A stretch of 64,000 nucleotides of DNA from Candidatus Amesbacteria bacterium (GCA_027371535.1 DAHXMV010000002.1:3494-67493), one strand, 5' to 3'; positions 11,201-20,174 are shown, counted from the stretch's first letter. The notes: generated by a model from the letters alone, not told the origin. Made by a program: numbers and translations.

Positions 11201-11633
11201 CATCCAAATCGGCGCCAAAATAAGCACCGGGGGATCTGACAATCTGGTTGATGATGGCCCTTTCCACTCCGTTGACAATAAAAGTCCCCCGATCGGTCAT
11301 CTGGGGGACGTCGCCCAAAAAGACTTCTCCACTGGTGACTTTCTGAGTCTGGAGATTGGTAAGCTTGGTCTGTAATCTGAGAGCCGAAGAAAATGTGAGG
11401 CCTTTTTTAATGGCCTGCTGAGGAGTAAGAACTGGCTTTTCCACTGCATAATCCAAAAATTCCAACTGCCAGTTTTTACCGGTAAAATCGTCAACGGGGG
11501 AAATTTCCTGAAGACTTTCCTTTATTCCAGTCTTTAAAAACCATTGCCATGAATCCTGCTGCAGCTGACTTAGGTTTACGTTTGGGAGGCTAGGGTAGGC
11601 TTTTCCCCAATAGATTCTTTTGGATTTAGACAT
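8277..11633 (-). CDS. rpoB: RNA polymerase beta subunit
   Basis: [36 protein letters not shown]. Confidence 0.99.
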   Translation of the reverse strand: MSKSKRIYWGKAYPSLPNVNLSQLQQDSWQWFLKTGIKESLQEISPVDDFTGKNWQLEFLDYAVEKPVLTPQQAIKKGLTFSSALRLQTKLTNLQTQKVTSGEVFLGDVPQMTDRGTFIVNGVERAIINQIVRSPGAYFGADLDAASGRVLHTAELRPIRGTWLEFEISRNDIISVRVDRRRKFVATTLLRAMGISGNDQLHEMFKDADTDEHHAYLDNSIAKDPTHTTEEALIEIYKKMRPGEPIVLDNAQKLLFDLFFNSRRYDLGQVGRYKLNKKFGLDSDQQFLTRDDLIMTVRYLINLQNGKGKVDDIDHLANRRLRSVGELVSQTAFRDGLLRLERTIKEKMSLVSTEDLVTPAQLVNARPVIAAINEFFRSSQLSQILEQTNPLSEIDHLRRLTVMGRGGITRERASFSIRDVNSSQYGRIDPVRSPEGTNIGLVTYLALFARVNELGFLEAPYRKLSKTKSGDTVSMKFTDEIIYLTADDEEGYHISHADLHLDKNGVIQEDWLPIRYHGDFMEGPASLVDLVDAVPREVVGASASLIPFLANDAANRALMGSNMQTQAVPLLRPESPVVGTGMEKDIASSMGWCVYARHSGSVSYVDARKVVIKLDKKVDDAVNSENIILKGDLETYHLLKFKRTSQSSCFNQHPVVVVGQKVARGDLIIDGPAAEDGELALGRNLVIAYASFEGLGYEDAIAISDRLVREDVLTSIHIEEHEADVVDTKLGPEEITRDIPNVGESYLANLDAEGIVTIGSEVEPNDILVGKIAPKGETELSAEERLLRAIFGEKARDVRDTSLRMPHGERGIVVEVQVLDREAGDELPPGVNKRVIVKVAQIRKISVGDKLAGRHGNKGVISRIVPVADMPHLADGTPVDILISPISVLSRMNLGQLLEARLGWAMKKLNKTVAVPAFEKISEDQIAEAMGEANLAVTGKAMLYDGRTGLAFDEPSVVGIGYIMKLHHMVEDKTHARSTGPYSLVTQQPLGGKAQMGGQRLGEMEVWALEAHKAAHTLQEMLTIKSDDVVGRAKAFEAIVKGTDIPTSSVPESFNVLVKELQSLGLQVIPIGAKVKTEDSAAASGDSALADDSAKSTAFTTMVQSSAVSDSVDTTEEL

Positions 11634-11753
11634 CGGTGGTAAGGGACGGTTTTTGGAAAAACAAAAATGCGCTTTTGGCGCAAAAAATCTCGGCTAGTTA
11701 CTAGCCACAAACACAGTGCCGTATTTTATATCAGGGTTTCAAGTATTTGTCAA
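11634..11753 (-). promoter_or_regulatory. rpoB promoter and structured leader
   Basis: TTGACA-17-TATAAA(AT), then hairpins GGCTAG-TAA-CTAGCC and TGCGC-CAAAA-GCGCA followed by a T-rich tract. Confidence 0.65.
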
Positions 11754-12723
11754 TATTGAGATTATGCTCTGTCAAAGATTTGGCGTAATGGGTAATACCG
11801 TCACTGTCGGTAAGATAGTACCAATAAGCCGTGTCAGAGACGTTTTTTACCGCATCAATAGTCGCCAGACCGGGGTTTGATATAGCCCCCGGCGGCAGAC
11901 CCGGCTGCAAATAAGTATTGAAGGAGGAAGGATATTTAGGGTCCACGCCGGCATGCCACCAATTACAGTGCAGTAAATCCGCCAGGCAAAGACGGTTATC
12001 CATGGCATACTCCACAGTGGCATCAACCTGAAGGGGCCAGCCTGCGACCAGGCGCTTTTTAAGAATAGAAGCTACCAGGCCCCGGTCGGTATTATTTCTG
12101 GCTTCCCTTTCGACTAAAGAAGCCAAGATGAGAGTTTGCCTATCAACCGGGAGGGCCGGATTAAGACCGGTTTTTTGGTAAAAATTGGCGGTTAAGAGCT
12201 GAATAACCCCGGCGGTTGAAATTTGGGGAGGCAGCAGATAAGTATCAGGGAATAGCTGACCTTCCAAAGTGGCGGTGGCTTTGATGAATTCCGAAGCGGA
12301 GAAGGTCTTCAGGGGACCGGATAACTGACTGTCCAAACGGGCAGCCATCTGCTCCCGCCGCCAGCCTTCGGGTAAGGTAATCTTGATATCCCTGGGGCCC
12401 AAAATCAGCCTGCCGACAATCTCCGGTGCAGACTGCCCTGAAGTTAAAAGATAACTGCCGGGCCGCAATTTACTGCTCTGACCATGAATCTTGAGATAAA
12501 TTCTGACGGCCAGGGCCGACCTGATGACCGAAAGCGACTCAAGTTTTTGCAAAACAGACAGGGCTGATTCGTCCGGGGAAATCAGCAGGGAAATCTGCTG
12601 CCCGGGGATTTTATCGGGAACCGGTGCCAGTGAACTGCGATACCAGAAAAAAACGCCGCCGAGAAGACCGAAAACCAGGACAGCCAGAACGACAAGCAAG
12701 GTGAAAACAATTTTTTGGCTCAC
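11731..12723 (-). CDS. mltG: Endolytic transglycosylase MltG (YceG family)
   Basis: N-terminal TM, ITLPEGWR, LEGQLFPDTY, ILASLVEREA, GLPPGAISNPG; start set at GTG 12723 just before the TM, downstream of the Zn-ribbon gene. Confidence 0.92.
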   Translation of the reverse strand: MSQKIVFTLLVVLAVLVFGLLGGVFFWYRSSLAPVPDKIPGQQISLLISPDESALSVLQKLESLSVIRSALAVRIYLKIHGQSSKLRPGSYLLTSGQSAPEIVGRLILGPRDIKITLPEGWRREQMAARLDSQLSGPLKTFSASEFIKATATLEGQLFPDTYLLPPQISTAGVIQLLTANFYQKTGLNPALPVDRQTLILASLVEREARNNTDRGLVASILKKRLVAGWPLQVDATVEYAMDNRLCLADLLHCNWWHAGVDPKYPSSFNTYLQPGLPPGAISNPGLATIDAVKNVSDTAYWYYLTDSDGITHYAKSLTEHNLNIDKYLKP

Positions 12724-12733
12724 AGAAAACTGA

Positions 12734-12934
12734 TTATACTTCTTCAAAAAGCGCGCGGCGATATTTCCCGGTATCTTTGTCTTTGATAAAGATACGGCCG
12801 CATTTGTTGCAGGTAACTTTTTCACCTTGGGCGTGGGATGCCTTTTTGCCCTCGGATAAATCCGTACCGCAACCGACACAGCGCCCCTGCGATAAAAGCC
12901 ATGCCTGGACGGGAGCAATGACATTTTTAAACAT
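12734..12934 (-). CDS. Small Zn-ribbon protein (CxxC..CxxC), 66 aa
   Basis: CVGC and CNKC pairs; own promoter TTGACT-16-TAAAGT with ATG 6 nt downstream. Confidence 0.8.
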   Translation of the reverse strand: MFKNVIAPVQAWLLSQGRCVGCGTDLSEGKKASHAQGEKVTCNKCGRIFIKDKDTGKYRRALFEEV

Positions 12935-12984
12935 ACATAAACTTTACCAAAAATGGAAAGAGAGTCAAGGTTAAAAACCATATC

Positions 12985-13046
12985 ACCCCTCTAACTCCCC
13001 TCTTATTTTCTCCCCTTGGTCGTGGCTTTACCGTAAGAGGGGAGGG
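12985..13046. repeat. REP-like palindrome (CTCCCCTCTTA ... TAAGAGGGGAG)
   Basis: 11-bp perfect inverted repeat 12995-13005/13034-13044 preceded by an extra CCCCTCT copy. Confidence 0.7.
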
Positions 13047-13056
13047 CCAACGGATT

Positions 13057-13425
13057 TCAAGATTTGTTATCCAGCCAATTCTGAAGAATTAGGGCCGCTG
13101 CTACGGAGTGCTCTTTGGTCCGGCGTCTGGATTTGGAAGTGTGATGCAAAGATCTGATGGCATCCCGGGAAGATAAAGTTTCATCCGCGGTGACAACAGG
13201 CAGACCGATGTGCTTTAAGGTGTGAACAAATTCTTCGACATGAGCTCTAACCGGGCCTTCGGGAAGACCAATTATGATAGTACCGATCCGGTGTTCCTCC
13301 ACCAGGCGGGCAATTTTACCGGGAGCGCTATCGAGATTTAGAGTGGTTAAAGGCTCAGTCAGCAAACCATTGGAAATCGCTACACCCAAATGCTTCTGGC
13401 CGTAATCAAGACCCAAATAATTCAT
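13057..13425 (-). CDS. ruvX: YqgF/RuvX family pre-16S rRNA nuclease
   Basis: YLGLDYG..GVAIS, IIIGLP, DETLSS, AAALILQNWL; TATAAT-N7-ATG at 13425. Confidence 0.9.
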   Translation of the reverse strand: MNYLGLDYGQKHLGVAISNGLLTEPLTTLNLDSAPGKIARLVEEHRIGTIIIGLPEGPVRAHVEEFVHTLKHIGLPVVTADETLSSRDAIRSLHHTSKSRRRTKEHSVAAALILQNWLDNKS

Positions 13426-13444
13426 TAGCCTGATTATATAAGCT

Positions 13445-13987
13445 TTATGGGGATTTATAAAACCTGCCAATTTTGGGATTTTCATAATCATCCGGATAGG
13501 TAAAGAGTCCTTTCATTTTATGCTCATATACTAAAAATGGTTCCAAGCCCATCTGATTTCTCCTGTCGTCCAGACTTTTACGGTCAAGAATCGGGCGGGG
13601 TACAAGATTTCCCGTGTCATCCTGATAAAACTGGGTGCCGTAAATTTGATCCTGACCTGTATTAACCGCTACCCGATCAGTCAAATAGGCAATATTTGAG
13701 GGCAGAACATCCGAAGAAACCTGTTGCATCAAAACGAGGCAGTGTTTCTGAAACCCGATATCCTGATCGGCATGCTGGACAATCAGCCAGGCAGCATAAG
13801 AAGCTTCCTCACCGACTTGGGAGATAGTCGGCCAACCGAATTGGCTGACTATCTCTTTTAAACGGGTGGTATTTTGCAAATCCACCTGTTTGTCAAACGG
13901 AGCAATTCCTGCCTGGCCGTTTTTCCGCATCTGCTGATCTTTTTCCCCCATGGCGATAATTTCTGATGCTAATTCGGTATTTGTCAT
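13445..13987 (-). CDS. DUF6624-like protein
   Basis: DQ..R, GWPTISQVG, AAWLIVQHAD, AYLTDRV..GQ.Q.YGTQ motifs. Confidence 0.8.
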   Translation of the reverse strand: MTNTELASEIIAMGEKDQQMRKNGQAGIAPFDKQVDLQNTTRLKEIVSQFGWPTISQVGEEASYAAWLIVQHADQDIGFQKHCLVLMQQVSSDVLPSNIAYLTDRVAVNTGQDQIYGTQFYQDDTGNLVPRPILDRKSLDDRRNQMGLEPFLVYEHKMKGLFTYPDDYENPKIGRFYKSP

Positions 13988-14011
13988 GGATGGATTATAA
14001 TCCTTCCCAGG
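13988..14011. promoter_or_regulatory. Palindromic bidirectional -10 promoter
   Basis: GGATTATAATCC gives TATAAT on both strands, 6 and 10 nt from two divergent ATGs. Confidence 0.75.
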
Positions 14012-14587
14012 ATGGTGAACCAAAAACAGATTTGGGATAGATATCTGAAAAAATTTACAGGTACGGGAGACAAACTGGGTAAGGGCATGGATCCGGGCAT
14101 TTTGGAAACAGTGGTGGCATTAAACGTCCTGGGAATAAATACCAGGCAATCGTGTGAAGGGCATTTAAAATGGGGGGTATGTGCACCATGGGTAGATATG
14201 GAAGCCAAGAACACTCATAGACTCGAAGATGAAGTCAAAAAAAGCTGGGAAGAAGCGGACCTGGCTATGAAAGCAGGAAAAGCCAGTGTATTAACTGATA
14301 AATTATGGACCAGACATCATCAGCTGAGAGTGAAACTAAAAGCAAAAAATATGATGTTATCTAAGAAATTATGGCTGTATCTGGAAGAGTTTTACAGCAA
14401 TAGGCAAGTGGAATACGGGGTGAGGCTGACCATAAGTTTTTTTGGCGACGGAATCGGCAGGCTGCAATCGGCAGGAGCGGAATTTCAAGAAACCCTAACG
14501 CTGAAGCAGAGACAAATAAATTTAGTTAAATACCGGTCAGAAATGAAAGATTTTACAGTATTCCTAAAACAAAAATTCTGCCTTTAG
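14012..14587 (+). CDS. Hypothetical protein with D.GI...V..LN..GI.T..SCEGH motif
   Basis: 191-aa ORF with plus-strand codon bias and its own -10 box. Confidence 0.8.
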   Translation: MVNQKQIWDRYLKKFTGTGDKLGKGMDPGILETVVALNVLGINTRQSCEGHLKWGVCAPWVDMEAKNTHRLEDEVKKSWEEADLAMKAGKASVLTDKLWTRHHQLRVKLKAKNMMLSKKLWLYLEEFYSNRQVEYGVRLTISFFGDGIGRLQSAGAEFQETLTLKQRQINLVKYRSEMKDFTVFLKQKFCL

Positions 14588-14589
14588 TT

Positions 14590-15264
14590 TTAGTCTGTCA
14601 GTTCTGCTAAAACCACCAGGCGGTGCCAGTAAGTGCCAAGAGGCACACAGGTAATTAATGACAAATCCCGGCGGTCATATTTTTGCCCCAGGACCTCGAC
14701 GGCAGTCGGGTCAACCTGGGATATTTTTTTCACCACATAGGTATATAAAACCCCGTCAAATTTGATGTCGATTTCGTCTCCGATTCTGGCGCCGGTTAAG
14801 GGATTAAAAACCGTCTGTGGATTACCGGGTCTGTAAAACTGAGGCAGGGCCGAGTGGCCGAAAATGACGCTGTTGCCGAATTCCCCCGGGAGAGCCGTGC
14901 CGGGATAATGAATGGCGTTTTTGTGCAAATTATTGCCATTTACTTCCACGGTAATGTTGTCCATTTTCAGCCGGGGCAGACTGACGGTAAAGTAACCCAC
15001 GGGACTATTTTTGGGCGGCGGCAAGTCGGCAGGGGCGGAAAACCAACTCCCGGCATTTGAATAATCAACCACACCGGACATCCCGTAGTCGGTTTGGACT
15101 ATGGGGCGGGGAAATGGGGAAACTGCCGTTGGATCAAGTAAATTTTTGGGGGTGAGCAACACGGCGATAATACCGCCAGTCAAAGGTACCGCAACATTTA
15201 ATAACATAAAAATTCCGGCGGTCATCAACAATATGGGGAAAACCCGCCGAAGTGAAAAGCGCAT
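14590..15264 (-). CDS. Sortase
   Basis: N-terminal TM, HYPGTALPGE.GNSVIFGHS (catalytic His), LITCVP (Cys), RLVV (Arg); ATG directly after the upstream TAG. Confidence 0.92.
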   Translation of the reverse strand: MRFSLRRVFPILLMTAGIFMLLNVAVPLTGGIIAVLLTPKNLLDPTAVSPFPRPIVQTDYGMSGVVDYSNAGSWFSAPADLPPPKNSPVGYFTVSLPRLKMDNITVEVNGNNLHKNAIHYPGTALPGEFGNSVIFGHSALPQFYRPGNPQTVFNPLTGARIGDEIDIKFDGVLYTYVVKKISQVDPTAVEVLGQKYDRRDLSLITCVPLGTYWHRLVVLAELTD

Positions 15265-15265
15265 A

Positions 15266-17431
15266 CTATTGAGCGGTCTTAATGACGACACCGATGTTTT
15301 TGGACTGGTGCGGCAAAGTGAGGATGCCGGAAGGCAGGGGCGGGGTAAATTTAAAATCTATCCGGGAAACACCGGAAATATTTTCCAGATAGGTTTTGGC
15401 TGCAGAGACTGACTTGCCGGTAATATTTTTGATAATCTGATCATTGGCCAGAATTGGGGTCAGTTGGGAAGAAATCTGAACCGTGATAACAGCCTGATTA
15501 TTTTTTACCGATTTGACGGAAAAATTGTGTGAGACTTCCCCTTCGGTTTCATAACCCCCGGGGATTAAGGCCTGAGTCCGGGCAGAAATCAGATTATTCA
15601 AATCAACATCAGCAAAGCTTAAGCCGGAAGCTTTTAAAGTAAGACTGAGATTTAAGGAATCGGCAACATCCCCGACGGCATGATCAAATTTTTCCGTAAT
15701 CACACCGGTCTGGACGGAATCGACGACCAACTGACGGTCCGAGGAGACGGATGAAGCTAACTGATTTTTAACCTGGCCGGTGAGAGATGAGATTAATTGG
15801 GACCTCAAATCGGTTAAATCCTGGGCAGCGACGGCGGATACCTGGCGGCTGGTACCACCGGAAAAGGCCGTGTTATTTTTAGCCACATAATCCATAGTGG
15901 AAAAAGTACCGATGGTGAAAGCGGAACCGGCGGACAGATTGGATTCCACACCGATAGCCTGGGCGGTGACATTGACATCAGCCTTGCCCGGCTGGTAGGA
16001 ACTGGGGTCGGCAGAACCGGAAGCAGCCGGGACAGTGACCGGGCTATTAAAAGAAAATTTCAGGCCTGAAGCAGAGATGACCGTACCCTGGGGAAAAGTC
16101 CGGTCGGCGGGGGTGCCATTTATAACCGAGACAGTACCGGTGGCCCGATCCCCGACCAGCTTGGTGCCGGTAGTTGACTTACTCTGACTTCCGGAAACCG
16201 TAGTACTGGCGGTTTTAGCCGGCAAAACCCGGGCATTCAGATCCGGACCGGCCGCAGTAGTGTCGGCAGTGACGTCAAAACTATCGGCTAAATTTTTGGG
16301 GGTAACACTGATAACCACAGTCGCCCGGGGTAAATACCAGTAAGCGGCAAACAGACCACCGGCAATTAAAACCAAAAAGACTATACCCAGGATAATTTTA
16401 GCGGAAAAAGAAGTTTCGGGGAGGAAGAGGTGAAAAGAAGGCAATTTAAATTTCGGGAAATGAAACCGGGGCGGAGGATGAGATGTCTCTTCTACCGGGG
16501 TTTCGTCTGCCCGGGCAACAGGAGTTGCAATAATTTCCGGAGCCGCCGCCGCGGGTAAGACGGCGATATCACCACCCGCTACAAAGCCCAAATCCCCGGG
16601 CGCGAGGTCTGCATTTTCACCTACGAGGGGGGTTTCGGAAACCCGGGGATCGGGAGTAATCAAACCCATAGCAACCGCCACTTCGCTGCCACCGGATAAA
16701 CTGATAGCTTTGACGGAAAAATCCGCGGGGAGAATTTCGACTTTGGGAAAATGCATAAAATTCAGGCGGTTTTGGGGAGCCTGCCAGGGAAAGGCTAAAA
16801 GTTCCTGGCGGGTATTTTCGAGATTGGCACCGGTATCGTAAATGAGAATGCGGGAAGGCAGCATGTCCTGGCGGCCAAACCGGGACAAACCCTCGACCAC
16901 ATCCAAACTGATTTTGCCGCTTCTTTTAACCAGCTGGGTGCCGACAATTTTTCCCAGGTGAACCAAAGTAATTTCGATAACTGCCTGCCAAATACCTATA
17001 ACAATGGCTGAAGGCGGAGTGCCCTCGGTTAAATGCAGATACTTCACCAGGGCCTGAATGGTGACGACAAAACCGATGGCCTGAAGAGAAAGTTTTTTGG
17101 TGAGATCGCGGAGCAGATGCAGCCTGGCGCCATCGATCTTGTCATCCGAAACCCAGGCCGACGGCAAACCGAGAATCATTTTTTCGGGTTGTATCCGGCC
17201 GTTTTGATCGACCGCCTGGGCCGCATCCGATAAAGTCTGATCACAGCCGGGGATTAAAGAGTCGGTATTATCGGTCTGACAGCGGATGCTATTACCGAAG
17301 GACAGGATCTGAGTCTTGTCATTGACAACCGTCCAGATGGCACTTTTGACGGTTTCATAACCAATTTCCAGCGCAAACAGAAATTCACGGCGGGGATGAT
17401 CGGATTTTTTCTTAAAAAAAGGCAGGAACAT
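15266..17431 (-). CDS. Membrane protein: FtsA/actin-like N-domain, TM, baseplate-J-like extracellular domain
   Basis: N-terminal LFALEIG...VKSAIW, TM near residues 345-367, then YLPRATV.I, A.G.V.V.N, VTA...G...NL, FSGG motifs. Confidence 0.7.
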   Translation of the reverse strand: MFLPFFKKKSDHPRREFLFALEIGYETVKSAIWTVVNDKTQILSFGNSIRCQTDNTDSLIPGCDQTLSDAAQAVDQNGRIQPEKMILGLPSAWVSDDKIDGARLHLLRDLTKKLSLQAIGFVVTIQALVKYLHLTEGTPPSAIVIGIWQAVIEITLVHLGKIVGTQLVKRSGKISLDVVEGLSRFGRQDMLPSRILIYDTGANLENTRQELLAFPWQAPQNRLNFMHFPKVEILPADFSVKAISLSGGSEVAVAMGLITPDPRVSETPLVGENADLAPGDLGFVAGGDIAVLPAAAAPEIIATPVARADETPVEETSHPPPRFHFPKFKLPSFHLFLPETSFSAKIILGIVFLVLIAGGLFAAYWYLPRATVVISVTPKNLADSFDVTADTTAAGPDLNARVLPAKTASTTVSGSQSKSTTGTKLVGDRATGTVSVINGTPADRTFPQGTVISASGLKFSFNSPVTVPAASGSADPSSYQPGKADVNVTAQAIGVESNLSAGSAFTIGTFSTMDYVAKNNTAFSGGTSRQVSAVAAQDLTDLRSQLISSLTGQVKNQLASSVSSDRQLVVDSVQTGVITEKFDHAVGDVADSLNLSLTLKASGLSFADVDLNNLISARTQALIPGGYETEGEVSHNFSVKSVKNNQAVITVQISSQLTPILANDQIIKNITGKSVSAAKTYLENISGVSRIDFKFTPPLPSGILTLPHQSKNIGVVIKTAQ

Positions 17432-17438
17432 ACGATTT

Positions 17439-17478
17439 ATTTAACCATTTATCCATTTGGTCATTTGATTATTTGGGC
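17439..17478. repeat. Degenerate 8-mer tandem repeat over the alaS stop
   Basis: atttaacc atttatcc atttggtc atttgatt atttgggc. Confidence 0.7.
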
Positions 17479-19269
17479 ATATATGCGACGGACACCGGAA
17501 CCTGCGGACTCCTCTTTGACAATCTTAATCTTTCCGATTTCACCTGTCGAGCTGACATGGGGTCCGCCGCAAATTTCCCTGCTATACCAATTATTCTGGG
17601 AGCCAATAGTATAAACGCTGACAACATCCGGATATTTTTGGGCAAAAAAGGCCAGAGCACCGGTTTTTAACGCTTCGTCTTTGGCCATTTCCTGCCGGGT
17701 AACGGGCAGATTTTCGGAAATTTTCTGATTGACGAGATTTTCGACTGCCTGAATCTCCTGGGGGTTTAGTTTTTGGTCATGGGAAAAATCAAAACGCAGC
17801 CGGTCGGAGGTAATGTTACTCCCCTTTTGGCTGACATGATCGCCCAAAGTCGATCTTAATGCCTGATGCAGCAGGTGGGTAGCGGTATGGTATTTGGTGG
17901 TTATTTCAGACTGGTCCCGCAAACCGCCTTTAAACATACCCCTGGAGGCGGTGCGGGAAAGTGTCTGATGTCTGGCAAACTCCGTCTGAAAATCGGCCGG
18001 ATTGATGTGCTGGCCCAAATCCGTGGCAATTTCATAAGTCAACTCCCAAGGGAAACCATAGGTCTGGAGCAAATTAAAAGCTATTTTGCCGTCAAGTTTC
18101 GGATACCGGGTGATTTCCTTCAGGCCCCGCGTCAGGACATGGTCAAATTTGTCAACTTCTGCGGAGATAATTTCAGCAGCCTGTCTGATTTGGGAATCGG
18201 ATAAATAAACCTCCCGGTAAATATTGCCCGCAGCAACAACCATCCGGCCACAAAAGTCCGTGACCGGACCGGAAATTAATTTTCTCATTTTGACCACAGA
18301 TCTTCTGATCAGACGCCGCAGAATATACCCCTGAGCTTTATTAGAAGGAAAAACACCGTCGGAGGCCAGCATGACCGAGGCTTTTAAGTGGTCAGCTATC
18401 ACCCGAAACTGAGGCTGGAAAGCCGGATCAGCGTAAGATTTGTCCGCGGCTTTTTCGGCCAGATCAATTATGGGATAAAAAAGATCCGTCCGGAAAATAT
18501 CGGGGGTATTTTGAACGGCAGCCAAAGTCCTCTCCAATCCCCCGCCGAAATCCACATTTTTTTGGGGCAGTTCACCCAGCGTCCCGTCAGCATTTTTTTG
18601 ATATTGCATGAAAACCGAATTACCTATTTCCAAAAACCGGCCGCAATCGCAATTGGGATGACACTTTTGGTCCTTAAACCCCGATTTTTCATGAATACCC
18701 AGATCCGCCCCAAAATCATAAAACACTTCCGAGTCGGGACCTCCGGGTTCACTCTCCGGCATCTGGTCAGGCGGGCCGGAACGGGACCACCAGTTATTTT
18801 CAACTCCATAGTAAAACAGATGATCTTTTTTCAGGCCGATTTTTTGCAAAATCCCGGCCGACAGGGTATCTTTGGGCACGGCGTCGTTACCGGCAAATAC
18901 GGTAACATAAAGCCGGTCCGGGGAAAGCTTTAAAACAGAGGTGAGAAATTCCCAGAACCAGGCCAATTGCTCCGCCTTGAAATAATCTCCGAGCGACCAG
19001 TTGCCCAGCATTTCGAAAAAGGTGGTATGGCGGTTATCACCAACCTCTTCCAGATCCTGAGCCCGGAAAGAGGGCTGGATATTCACAAGACGCCGGCCCT
19101 GCGGGTGAGGCTCTCCTAAAAGAAACGGTATCAGCGGCTGCATACCGGAGCTGGTAAACAGTGTGGAAGGATCACTCTCCGGAACGAGAGGAGCGGGAGG
19201 TATGACCACATGACCACGCTGCTTAAAAAAATCAAGGTATTTTTGGCGCAGATCGCTACCTGTCGGCAT
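17461..19269 (-). CDS. alaS: Alanyl-tRNA synthetase, short form without C-Ala domain
   Basis: LFTSSGMQP, HTTFFEMLGNWS, HTATHLLHQALR, EICGGPHV. Confidence 0.98.
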   Translation of the reverse strand: MPTGSDLRQKYLDFFKQRGHVVIPPAPLVPESDPSTLFTSSGMQPLIPFLLGEPHPQGRRLVNIQPSFRAQDLEEVGDNRHTTFFEMLGNWSLGDYFKAEQLAWFWEFLTSVLKLSPDRLYVTVFAGNDAVPKDTLSAGILQKIGLKKDHLFYYGVENNWWSRSGPPDQMPESEPGGPDSEVFYDFGADLGIHEKSGFKDQKCHPNCDCGRFLEIGNSVFMQYQKNADGTLGELPQKNVDFGGGLERTLAAVQNTPDIFRTDLFYPIIDLAEKAADKSYADPAFQPQFRVIADHLKASVMLASDGVFPSNKAQGYILRRLIRRSVVKMRKLISGPVTDFCGRMVVAAGNIYREVYLSDSQIRQAAEIISAEVDKFDHVLTRGLKEITRYPKLDGKIAFNLLQTYGFPWELTYEIATDLGQHINPADFQTEFARHQTLSRTASRGMFKGGLRDQSEITTKYHTATHLLHQALRSTLGDHVSQKGSNITSDRLRFDFSHDQKLNPQEIQAVENLVNQKISENLPVTRQEMAKDEALKTGALAFFAQKYPDVVSVYTIGSQNNWYSREICGGPHVSSTGEIGKIKIVKEESAGSGVRRIYAQIIK

Positions 19270-19293
19270 AAACCAATTGTAGCATAAAGAAAA

Positions 19294-19322
19294 TTGACAA
19301 TACTATAGGTCAATATTATAAT
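19294..19322 (+). promoter_or_regulatory. Consensus sigma70 promoter, leaderless
   Basis: TTGACA(19294)-17-TATAAT(19317), ATG 6 nt downstream. Confidence 0.85.
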
Positions 19323-19328
19323 CGTTAC

Positions 19329-20171
19329 ATGTTTAATAACACTCCCGAAACACGCAGAGGTTTTCTGAAAGATTGCTTCGAAAAAGTTACGGTGTGGGAT
19401 ATGGGGGTACGGAATATTTTTCAGACAAACGAATCCGGGATCGGACAGAGTGTCTGTGATATGTTTTTTGACCCGGATCGCGGACTGGTCCGGTTAAGCT
19501 GTCCAAATACTTCTGTCAATGTGCCGAAAATTGCCGGAATTTTAAGCGAGAAGGACAACGAACATTTTGATGAGTTGATGGCGGTATTGGGTGAAGGGGG
19601 AAGCGTTTACGGTTATAGCAGAGTCTTTGGTTATATCTACGAGGGACAAAAATTCTATATCACCAATACTACCGACCAAAAAAATGACGTTATAAAAATC
19701 GAGCTAAGCCAGTTTCAAAATGCAGTAGCTGCCAGCATAGGGGAAGGTATTGATCCAAGTCTGATAAAGAACAGAAGATCCACCGTAAAAATCCTGTTAC
19801 CGTCGGAAATAAGGGCCGAAGATAATAAAAAGGAGCAACAATATCTGGAGTATTTTCTAGGCGGGGCAGCATCTCTATTGGGGCTAAGATTCATTTATGG
19901 ATTGGCAAAAAATTGGGCCGGGTCAGACAGAAGGTACACAGAAAAGGATCTGGAATTACCGAATGAATATGGCCCGCAACTGGAAAATTTTATAAAAGAT
20001 CACCCGGAAATGAACGAAAATCAGGCGACGGCTACCTGGCTTAGAAGGCTTAAGGGGGTAGACCGATGGAACGTGGCATTGATAGTAGCAAAAGACGTAA
20101 ATCATATACAGACTGTAGATGAAATTGCAGATATATTGGATAACACACCTCAGGAGGAGAAGCGTCGATAG
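19329..20171 (+). CDS. Hypothetical protein, one probable TM
   Basis: 280-aa ORF behind a perfect promoter; N-terminal TRRGFLK. Confidence 0.75.
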   Translation: MFNNTPETRRGFLKDCFEKVTVWDMGVRNIFQTNESGIGQSVCDMFFDPDRGLVRLSCPNTSVNVPKIAGILSEKDNEHFDELMAVLGEGGSVYGYSRVFGYIYEGQKFYITNTTDQKNDVIKIELSQFQNAVAASIGEGIDPSLIKNRRSTVKILLPSEIRAEDNKKEQQYLEYFLGGAASLLGLRFIYGLAKNWAGSDRRYTEKDLELPNEYGPQLENFIKDHPEMNENQATATWLRRLKGVDRWNVALIVAKDVNHIQTVDEIADILDNTPQEEKRR

Positions 20172-20174
20172 TAT

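Noticed and set aside
12724-12981. 86-aa N-terminal extension of mltG in the ORF track
   Set aside because: Overlaps the Zn-ribbon gene and its promoter; MltG normally begins just before its TM
15266-16350. Baseplate-J-like domain as evidence of a prophage or contractile injection system
   Set aside because: No tail, sheath, terminase or integrase genes nearby; it is a membrane-anchored fusion among core genes
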